Assembly (NCBI GenBank): GCA_965203485.1 | Contig: OZ241892.1 | Coordinates: forward strand, 576,001-640,000 | Reading direction: 5' to 3' | DNA: 64,000 bases | Source of the DNA: Longimicrobiales bacterium | GTDB taxonomy: Bacteria > Gemmatimonadota > Gemmatimonadetes > Longimicrobiales > Gaopeijiaceae | Shown: positions 46,303 through 54,565 of the stretch, piece by piece | How the letters are laid out: each line of letters starts with the position of its first letter | Position numbering within the stretch: position 1 is the first letter of the stretch | The notes under the pieces: generated by a model | Databases searched by the model: none | The model's input: only the letters and a program-made list of their open reading frames with translations | Told to the model about the DNA's origin: nothing | Translations under genes and position numbers: made by a program

Positions 46303-49279
46303 GCCCGAAACACCTTCATGACTTCGTCGCCCAGGTGGTTGATCACCTTGACCGCGATGCGGCCCGACTTCGGACGGTCGAAAGCCCGGGACGTGTCGCT
46401 CCTCAGCGTAGCCCACGCTTCGGAGTCGATCTCGGCGTTAAGGGTCGTCCTCAGGGCCTTATAGGGGTCGCCGGCGCCCAGGAAGTAAGCGTGGCGCACG
46501 AAGAAGCTCTCCTCGTTGTAGTCCGTGTCGATGAACCAGCAGGCGATGCCGTCGGCGCCGTCGCTGCGTATCTCGCCGCTGCCCGGATGGAAGACGTCCA
46601 CGCCGCGAATCTTGACCCGGATGCGATCGTCGTCCGAGGCGCCGTCGCCGCCGGGCAACATTTCGATGTCGGGCTCCCCGAATACCACGAACAGGTTGCC
46701 CTTGCCCGTGTTTTTGAGGTCCTTGGCCATGTGAAGGTCGGCGTTCATCCGCGCCTTCAGCACCGGAATGCGTCCCAGCTTGTTGAACTCGGCGGCGTGG
46801 GGCTCGTAGTTGAAGGCGCACGTGACCAGCACGTCGAATCCCGCTTCGGCGGCCTCTCGCGCCGCAGCCGCCAAGTCGGGCCGCGCGACCGTCCCGAACT
46901 CGGGCCCTACGAAGACCGCCGCTCGCTGCTCGGTCTGCGACCGGCCGCCTTCCTTGACGAACCGGCCATCCGCGCACACCAGGTCGCCCGGCCACGCCGT
47001 CAACGAAGAAAACGCGATCTTGTCTTCCTTGTGGGCCTGTTGAACCCCGGCCGTCCGCAGGTTGTCGAGCACGACCGAAACGAAGTCCCGCTTGCGACCG
47101 TAGCCGAGCTTGGGCTCGGCCACCGCGTCCACGAGATCGTCGTTCTCGTCCACGCCCAATTCCCGATGGGGCGACAGGCTCTCCACCGTGAACGGACCGG
47201 ACACGCGAACCTTGCGCTTGTCCTCGCAGGGCTTGTCGTACAGGTGCTCGTAGTTGGCTTTCGCGTCGATGGACGCGTCGATCTCCTTCTGCCGGGCGAT
47301 CCGGCGCTTCCACCACTCGGCATGAAGCACCCGGTGCTTCTCCTCCGACCAGGGATCCGCGGGCCGCTCGGGCAAGGATTCCAGCGTGTATTTCCGTCCC
47401 AGGACCGTGTTCAGTTCGTCGAGAAGCCGACGAACGCTGGCGGTGTTGGGCTTCTTTCTGTCATTCTCCTTCTTGAGACGAGCGAAGAGCGTGGAAGCCC
47501 GTGTCTCCCACGGCTCTTCTGCGTAGTGTGGGACCTCCCATTCCTCCCACTCCTCGCAACGCGCCTCGTTGACGCGAGTTCGAAGCCGGTCCAACGCGGG
47601 CCGATGCTCCTCCCATATCTCGTCGATCTCGGCGTTGTTCGCGATGGACTTGAGCGTGATGTGCGGCACGCGCTCGTACACGAAGCCTTGGCGGATGTCG
47701 CCGTACGTTGCCTTGCCTTCATCGGGCGGCGTCCGGGCTAGCTGCGCTTCCTTCTCCAGCCCGTCTTTCGAGTCCGCAAGCAAGTAGTACGGGTAGCGAG
47801 CCCCCATCACCCGGGCTCGGGCCAAGGCAAGAGCGACCCGGGATGTGTCGATGGTGATCCAGCGACGGCCCCATTGTTCGGCGACGTAGGCGGTGGTGCC
47901 GGAGCCGCAGGTGGGATCGAGGACGAGGTCGCCGGGGTCGGTGGTCATGAGGATGCAACGTTGAATTACGCGTCGGCTCGTTTGGACAACGTATGACTTT
48001 ATTACTTCCGGGCCCGTGTCGGTCCACAGATTGGCCATTTCGGATGCAGGATAGTCATCGTGGTAGTAAATTGCCTGTAGTGCAGTTCTGTCTGGATGAA
48101 TCCGGTTTGCCGCGAGCAGGCGTTGGAAGCCACCTGGCGAATACCGCCAATGAGAAGTTGGCGGTATTCGCCAGGTGGCTCCAAAAGCCGAGCGCGGCTC
48201 GTGATCACCGGCTGCCATGGAGTGCAGAGGCAACTTTCGGTACGCTCTTGCATTGGCAGGGATCTTGGATGTATCGTTCTTTTCATTCGTTGTCATCGAG
48301 CGACGGGTACCGTTCGCTTCTTGGATTTGGTTGTACATGCGCGTTTCAATGTCCCGTTCTCGAAGCAGACGTCGAAACTTGGCCGCTTCCGCGTCCTTGG
48401 AGTACCAGAGCAAGTGATCAGCGATTGCCTTTACAGAACGTTCCTTCGTTGTGCCGCTACTGACCCGGCACGCAATCTGGCTGACAAAATTCTCTTCTCC
48501 CAAGACCTCGTCCATCAACGTGCGCACACGGTGCACGTTCTCGTCTCCGATCTGCACGAAGATCGATCCGCTGTCGGTCAACAGGTCACGGGCGACCATG
48601 AGCCGGTCCCGCAGGTACGTCAGATACGAGTGAATGCCATCCCGCCACGTATCCCGAAACGCCTTCACCTGTTCCGGTTCTCGGGTGATGTGCTCGGGCC
48701 TGCCGTCGCGAACATCTCGGCTGGTGGTGGACCACTGAAAGTTCGAGTTGAACTTGATGCCGTAGGGCGGGTCCATGTAGATGCACTGGACTTTGCCGCG
48801 CAGGCCTTCGCGCTCGGCCAATGACGCCATGACCTGGAGGCTGTCCCCAAGGATCATCCGGTTGGACCAGTTGGCGTCGTGCTGGTAGAATTCGGTCTTG
48901 GCGTCGCCCTCGGGTAGGCCGTTGAAGTCGGCGAAGAGGCTTGGGTGCTGGTCGTTGCCCCCCCTCCCCCCCCCCCCCCCCCCCCCCCCTTCCCAACTTG
49001 GCTTTGCCGAAGAAGGTCGTCGATCAGAGCCTTCGGATGAACCTTTTCCTGGATGAACAGCGGCGGGGCGGGCACGACCAAGTCGGACCAGTCCTGCATG
49101 TCCTTGCCGCGCCACACAAGCTGGGGGTCGAGGTCGGGGTTGCGGCGCTCGTAGGCGACTTGGACAGCCGTACGGTCGCCTTCGGACATGACGGGCTGGT
49201 GCTCGGCCGTCGGGATGTTCTTGCGGGACGCCTCGTCGTGGGTGAGGGTCTCGACCTGCTTGCGGGACCTTGTTGCCAT
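46299..49279 (-). CDS. Site-specific DNA methyltransferase (type III Mod-like, N6/N4), frameshifted at a poly-G tract
   Basis: N-terminal ORF from 49279 (KNIPTAE, RRNPDLDPQLVWRGKD, QEKVHPKALI) continues in another frame after the tract (NRMILGDSL, YMDPPYG, DLVLDPTCGSGTT, IAVKVINHLGDEVMKVF); +1 or -2 G fuses them into about 993 aa. Confidence 0.92.
48958..48989 (-). repeat. G24-A-G7 homopolymer tract on the methyltransferase coding strand
   Basis: + strand C7 (48958-48964), T, C24 (48966-48989). Confidence 0.95.
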
Positions 49280-49798
49280 TTAGTCGACCGTCGGTGGTCC
49301 CGGAGCGCCAATCAGTGAGCGGGCGCGTAGCGTCGTCGGATCGGAGTTGTCCGCGGCTGCGTGGTTCCGCTCTCGCTTATGACGCATAAAGACCGCGACG
49401 AGAACGGCCAAGGCTGATAGGGCCGCAGCAGAGGCTCCCGGAAGAGGCTTGTCGAAGGCGATGAGGACCGTGGCAGACGAGAAGCCCAATAACGCAAGAC
49501 AGAATCCGAATATCTGACCTCGGGACTCCACGCGGAGACCGCAGTCCACGGTCTGGGCTTCCACTTGCCGCCGATGCTTGGCCTGCTCTTCGGCCATGGA
49601 GAGGATTCGATCAAACGCCCCGGGCAGGACCTGTTCGTACATCGCTACCTCGTCGGCAGCAGGGAGAGGGCCAGAGCGAAAGGTGGCAACGACGGCGCGT
49701 TCGGATCCGACGCCTTCACCGTCGAGATGAGACGGTTGGACGACAGGCGCGTCTTTCGTTTGAGCAACCTGCCTTTGGTCGGCCGTTTTCTTACTCAC
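49280..49798 (-). CDS. DUF2335-family membrane protein
   Basis: SGPLP....A.YEQVLPGAFDRILSMAEEQAKHR followed by two TM helices; TAA directly abuts the methyltransferase ATG. Confidence 0.85.
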   Translation of the reverse strand: MSKKTADQRQVAQTKDAPVVQPSHLDGEGVGSERAVVATFRSGPLPAADEVAMYEQVLPGAFDRILSMAEEQAKHRRQVEAQTVDCGLRVESRGQIFGFCLALLGFSSATVLIAFDKPLPGASAAALSALAVLVAVFMRHKRERNHAAADNSDPTTLRARSLIGAPGPPTVD

Positions 49799-49816
49799 GA
49801 TGCTTGGCCTGACTGC

Positions 49817-50485
49817 TCATCTCGCAGACATCGCCGCCTCGATGTCTTCGCCGACGGTGCGCCAGTCGTCGTAAGTAGCCAGCGCGTCTGCCGTTTCGCC
49901 GTCGAGTATGGCTCGGGGTTTGTTCAAAGCGCCGAAGAAATCGAGCACCCGGCCCATCCCGGAAATGAACGAAGGCTTCGGGTAGTTGAATGTCGAACGC
50001 CCATGCGGCTTGGGCGCCAAGGGTAGCAAACTGTTCACAGCCATATCTGGGTACTGCCCATAGATCCCAGCCAGCATGGATCGAAAAGGCGTCGTCAGGA
50101 TCCACTTGGCAGCCCTCTTCATGTACTTCGATGCGCCTTCCGGCATCTGTTCCAAGACGCGCGCCCCGACTGCAACACCAGAATCTGTGAGGACAGCGAG
50201 CGGGCATCGGAAGGTCGTGTCGACCGACACGTCGCCGGAGTCGATCAGCGCGTGGACTTCGGCGTAGACGGCTTCGTCGAAAGGACCGAAGTGATGCGGC
50301 TTGTAGTGGAAGCGTGGGCCCCCGATCAGGTGCGGTATCTCCCTGTCGACCAGGAAGAAGAGCTTCTGGAGGCGCACTGCGTCGAACGCGGCGCCATGCC
50401 CGCCGGCGGCCATGCCTGCCAATACCGTTCGACGGCGGGAAGGCCCCATGGCGCCGTCGGGGCCGCCCGACACTCTCGACTTCAT
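49817..50485 (-). CDS. Uncharacterised protein: Panacea/SocA/YwgA-like N-terminal domain plus small C-terminal domain
   Basis: RLQKLFFLVD...F.YKP..FGPFD..VY..V..L motif; C-terminal SFISGMGRVLDFFG...DW.TVG.DI..A; ATGA coupling to the restriction gene. Confidence 0.65.
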   Translation of the reverse strand: MKSRVSGGPDGAMGPSRRRTVLAGMAAGGHGAAFDAVRLQKLFFLVDREIPHLIGGPRFHYKPHHFGPFDEAVYAEVHALIDSGDVSVDTTFRCPLAVLTDSGVAVGARVLEQMPEGASKYMKRAAKWILTTPFRSMLAGIYGQYPDMAVNSLLPLAPKPHGRSTFNYPKPSFISGMGRVLDFFGALNKPRAILDGETADALATYDDWRTVGEDIEAAMSAR

Positions 50486-53400
50486 CGGCCTCTCCGCTTG
50501 ATCGCCGCGTCCAGCGCTTCCCCCATCGTCCCCGCCTCCGTGATCTCGGTGAACGCCCAGCGGCCGAAGCCGCCCAGGTTGTTCACACCGGGTACCCAAT
50601 AGGCGTTCATGGCGTTCCTCTTGGCGTTGGCGTCCTCTCGGCGACGGCCCTTGATCTCCACGATCAGGTTCAGCAGCTCGTCGGCGCCGCGGCCGTCGTC
50701 CACCTGCAAGATAAAGTCGGGGACGTAGATGCGCGATGCCGAGCCGTCGCGGTAGGGGACCTCGAGGCCCAGCCCTTGGTTCTTCACGTAGGCGCGGACG
50801 CGGGGGTCGGCCTCGGCCACGCGGCAGAACTCCAGCTCCCAGTCGCTGTCGCAGACGGCCCAGTTCACGTGGCAGAGGTCGGCGGCGGTCTTCCAGCGAC
50901 GGGTCTTGGACGTGGTGAAGCGCACGGCGGCGGTGGAGCCCCAGGGGTTGTAGGGGTCCAGCATCGCCTTGACCGGGCTGTCGCCCTCGTGGCGCGACAC
51001 TATGCCCTGGTGAATGAGTTCGCAGGCCCTGTCAGCCAACTCCTGGTACATGAGCTGGGCTGGGAAGGCGCCGCCGGTGCACTCCAGATGGCGGTCCAAC
51101 CAGCGGCGGGTGATCTGCTTGAGCTGGCCGAACAGGTACAGCTTGGGCTCCTCGTCCGCGTCCCGCCACTTGGTCTCGAGCAGCCGCCAAGTGAGTTCGT
51201 AGACGAGCGTGTTCGTGCGCACGTTCTCCAACCCTTCCAACGTCAGGTCCACCCCCATGCCGATGATGCCCTGGTTGCGGGTTCGCGTAGGACCGACCAG
51301 CTCCGGCGTGAGCTCCAAGGTCGAGTGGTCGTCGAAGGTGGCCGACAACCGCTCCTCGGGAAGCTCCACGCGGTAGCCCTGCACTCGGGGGAAGTGGAGT
51401 TCGCAGGCGTTGCGCTCCGGGACGACGGCCCGCACTTCGACCGTCTCCCGGGGCGGCTGGGGCGGCGCCACAACGGGCTCGGCGGTGAAGTCGAAGGGGA
51501 TGCCCAGCACGTCGGCGTACTCGACGTTGAACCGGTCTTCGTCGTTCAGGTCGTAGGACTGCCGACGGAGCGCCCGGCCCACGACCTGCTCGCACAGCAG
51601 CTGGGTTCCGAAGGCGCGGACGCCCAGCACGTGGGTCACATTGTTGGCGTCCCAGCCCTCGGTGAGCATCGACACCGACACCACGCACCGGATGCCGCCG
51701 CCCAGCCGGTCCGCCTTGCCGACCGTGTTCATGACCTCGCGCAGGATGTCGGAGTCGGACAGGTTCTCGGCTTGCCGGCGGTCGCCGGTGCGCTGGACGA
51801 TCTCGCGCCGAAACTGCTCGATCTCGGAGGCGGCGGCCTTGCGGAAGCTCTTGTCCAGGGCTTCGCCGGATTCGAGCTGCTCGCTGTCGATGAGCAACGT
51901 GCGGGGGCGGTCGAGGCGGACGCCGTTCTCGTCGAAGTTCTGGAAGAGGGAGAGACGGCCGTTGTGCAGCCGCTGGCGTCCCTTGTCCGAATCAGGCACA
52001 AGGAAGCCGGAGACGTAGTCGAACACCAGCTTCGACGTGGACGTGTTGTTGCACACGATGATGAAGCAGGGCGGCACCTCGGTGTCGGCCTGCTCCCACA
52101 GCTTGAAGACCTTCTCGTAGTTGCCGTAGAGGGCGTCCAGGGCCGTCTGGAGTTGCACGGGCAGATTGCGGGGATCCAGGGGGTGGCGTTCTTGCTTCTT
52201 GCCCCGTCCCTTCTTGGGCATCTTCTTGCCGATGTGCTCCCACAGGTTGCGGAACTTGGGCATGTCGCCGCCGGGAATGTTGTCGGCGATCGGCACTCGG
52301 GGCAGCTTGACGATGCCGGACTCGATGGCGTCCATCAGCGAGAAGTCGCTCATCGTCCATGGGAAGAGGGTGCCTTCGGCGTAGCCCGATCCGCGCAGGA
52401 AGAACGGCGTCGCCGACAGGTCCACGACGCGCAGGACGCCCAGCTTGCGCTGCACCGCCTCCAGGCCCGAAATCCACACGCGGGCCGCTTCCTTGTTCTT
52501 CTTGGCCTCCTGCAGGTCGTCGCCTTGGAGGCGGCCTTCCTCGCTGGCTTCCGGCGGCCTCTCCCGGTAGCAGTGGTGCCCCTCGTCGTTGAAGACCATG
52601 ACGCGCTTCATGCCCATCAGCTCGGGCATCACGCGCTGGAGCATCTGGCCTTCGGTCTCCGTCGTGCGGATCGCCGGCCCCTTGCCTCTTCCTTGCAGGA
52701 GCGCGCGGCCGCCCCTCGACAGCTTCATCTTTTCGCGCTGGATGAAGGCGTGCCAGTTGGTGATCACGACCTTGGCGCGGTCCAAGTCGCGCTGCATATC
52801 GGCCGGCACCAGCTCGCGGGATTTGTAGTAGCTGTTCGGGTCGTTGGGGAGCAGCACGCGCAGGCGGTCGCGGATCGTGATGCCCGGCGCGACGACCAGG
52901 AACCCTCGCGTGAATCGCGGGCTGCCGGGATGGCGCACGGCGTTGATCGTCTGCCACGCGATGAGCATGGCCATGACCGTGGTCTTGCCGGCGCCGGTTG
53001 CCAGCTTGAGGGCCAAGCGGGAAAGGTCCGGGTTGGCGTCGCGGCTGGCGTCTTCCAGGTGTTGGAGCAGTTCGCGCCCCGCCTTGGTTCGCTGCGCCAC
53101 CTCCGTGAACCACACGACCGTCTCGGCGGCCTCGACTTGGCAGAAGAAAGGGCGGACGCCGCTGAACCGGTGCGACCGCCAGTGGCGCAAGATGCGCGCC
53201 GTCTCGGGTGTGACGCGCCCGTCGTTGGGATCCGGGACGGCCCGCCAGCGGGTCACGTGGTCGCGCACGCGGTTGATCACGTCCTTCAGGTACTGCTGGT
53301 CGGTCGTGGAGAGGCCCCGCCCTTCGTCCAGCACCATCATGGCCTGCTCCGAGCCGACGACCGTGCCCGTGGTGCCCCTGCCGGCGCGGCGCGGCTTGGG

Positions 53401-53541
53401 GACGGGCGTCACGAAGTCGGCCGGCCGTCGGCTGGCGACGACCTCGTGGGTGGGCTGCCCGTCGCCGTCCAAGCGCCAGTGGCGGTCCGGTGCCTTGTAG
53501 GGCGAGTTCAGGACGGGGCGCTCGAAGAATTTGGCGTTCAC
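50482..53541 (-). CDS. Type III-like restriction endonuclease (SF2 helicase plus C-terminal nuclease)
   Basis: PFFCQVEA, KLATGAGKT, FNDEGHHCY, DLSATP, VVSVSMLTEGWD, CEQVVGRALRR, C-terminal YVPDFI...LIVEIKG. Confidence 0.93.
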   Translation of the reverse strand: MNAKFFERPVLNSPYKAPDRHWRLDGDGQPTHEVVASRRPADFVTPVPKPRRAGRGTTGTVVGSEQAMMVLDEGRGLSTTDQQYLKDVINRVRDHVTRWRAVPDPNDGRVTPETARILRHWRSHRFSGVRPFFCQVEAAETVVWFTEVAQRTKAGRELLQHLEDASRDANPDLSRLALKLATGAGKTTVMAMLIAWQTINAVRHPGSPRFTRGFLVVAPGITIRDRLRVLLPNDPNSYYKSRELVPADMQRDLDRAKVVITNWHAFIQREKMKLSRGGRALLQGRGKGPAIRTTETEGQMLQRVMPELMGMKRVMVFNDEGHHCYRERPPEASEEGRLQGDDLQEAKKNKEAARVWISGLEAVQRKLGVLRVVDLSATPFFLRGSGYAEGTLFPWTMSDFSLMDAIESGIVKLPRVPIADNIPGGDMPKFRNLWEHIGKKMPKKGRGKKQERHPLDPRNLPVQLQTALDALYGNYEKVFKLWEQADTEVPPCFIIVCNNTSTSKLVFDYVSGFLVPDSDKGRQRLHNGRLSLFQNFDENGVRLDRPRTLLIDSEQLESGEALDKSFRKAAASEIEQFRREIVQRTGDRRQAENLSDSDILREVMNTVGKADRLGGGIRCVVSVSMLTEGWDANNVTHVLGVRAFGTQLLCEQVVGRALRRQSYDLNDEDRFNVEYADVLGIPFDFTAEPVVAPPQPPRETVEVRAVVPERNACELHFPRVQGYRVELPEERLSATFDDHSTLELTPELVGPTRTRNQGIIGMGVDLTLEGLENVRTNTLVYELTWRLLETKWRDADEEPKLYLFGQLKQITRRWLDRHLECTGGAFPAQLMYQELADRACELIHQGIVSRHEGDSPVKAMLDPYNPWGSTAAVRFTTSKTRRWKTAADLCHVNWAVCDSDWELEFCRVAEADPRVRAYVKNQGLGLEVPYRDGSASRIYVPDFILQVDDGRGADELLNLIVEIKGRRREDANAKRNAMNAYWVPGVNNLGGFGRWAFTEITEAGTMGEALDAAIKRRGR

Positions 53542-53600
53542 CGGGTGCGCCGCTCCTCAAGACAAGTCGGAAATCGCCGGACGACGCAAGGTAGGCTGGC

Positions 53601-54503
53601 TCATGGCGCGAATCGTACGTAGTCCGCTGCGACGCAGTCAATCGCGATCCGACGCCGCACCTCGGCCTCCCGCCAATCCGCCGCCACGGCCGCGACCATG
53701 CCCGGCGCGGTCGCCAACCCGGTCACGGTCCAGTCTTCCGCGCTCTCGCCCGAAACGGCCGAGTCGGCGAGTCCCCCGCGTTGCCCAGGGCGGCCGCCCT
53801 CGCCTGCGGACATGTCCACCGAAAACGAACGAAACGACGTCGCTAGCCCCGACCCCAGCGCCTTGGCGAACGCCTCCTTGCGGGTCCAAATGGCGAAGAA
53901 CGCCGCATCGGCCGCGCCCTCGTCGGCGGCCGCCAGCCAGGCCCGCTCTCCGGGCGCGAGCCATCGCGCCGCCATGGTCTTCAGCCGCCGCACCGGACGA
54001 ATCCGCTCGACGTCCACGCCCACGCGCCCCCGGGCCGACACAGCGATCAGCAAGCGCTTGCCCGAATGCGACACGCTGAACGAGGGGCCGCCGGGCAAGA
54101 AGGGCTTGCCGTGCTTCCCGTAGCTGAATCTGATGTCGCGGGCGGCGGTGTTGGTCAGCGGCGCCAGCGCCGATCGCAGGCAGGCGCGTCCCGTCACGAA
54201 GCGACTGCGCGCACCAGCGTCGTTCATGCGCTCCGCCCGGGCGCGTTCGTCGTTCGGGAGCAGGGCCCAGGCGCCCGCCTCGCCGGCCTTCGGGTTCGCC
54301 GCTCCGTCGTCCGCGCCGCCCGGCTCGCCGGCCAAGCCGGCCTCCAACACGTAGACGACGCCGGGCCGCAGCGCTTCGGGCCAGGATCCTTGGGCGGCGA
54401 GTCTCGGGCCGCGGCGGAAGGAAGACAAGAACTCTCCGTTGGCGCCGATTCCGATGTTGGGCGAGATATGCCGAACCGCTCGCGCTGAAGGTCGCACGGG
54501 CAT
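53601..54503 (-). CDS. Sfp-type 4'-phosphopantetheinyl transferase
   Basis: YGKHGKP, FSVSHSG, VGVDVE, WTRKEAFAKALGSG; start uncertain. Confidence 0.9.
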   Translation of the reverse strand: MPVRPSARAVRHISPNIGIGANGEFLSSFRRGPRLAAQGSWPEALRPGVVYVLEAGLAGEPGGADDGAANPKAGEAGAWALLPNDERARAERMNDAGARSRFVTGRACLRSALAPLTNTAARDIRFSYGKHGKPFLPGGPSFSVSHSGKRLLIAVSARGRVGVDVERIRPVRRLKTMAARWLAPGERAWLAAADEGAADAAFFAIWTRKEAFAKALGSGLATSFRSFSVDMSAGEGGRPGQRGGLADSAVSGESAEDWTVTGLATAPGMVAAVAADWREAEVRRRIAIDCVAADYVRFAP

Positions 54504-54565
54504 GCCGCCGGTGTCCACCACGGCGGGCAACTGGCCGCCGGGATGCGAACGGCTATCTTGTGCCC

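Noticed and set aside
48854..49279. 141-aa ORF as an independent gene
   Set aside because: It is the N-terminus of the methyltransferase, truncated by the poly-G frameshift
37129..53600. Integrative element inserted at tRNA-Ala
   Set aside because: No integrase and no duplicated tRNA 3' end found; genes next to the tRNA have host-like composition
50314..53622. 1102-aa plus-strand ORF
   Set aside because: Antisense shadow of the restriction endonuclease gene
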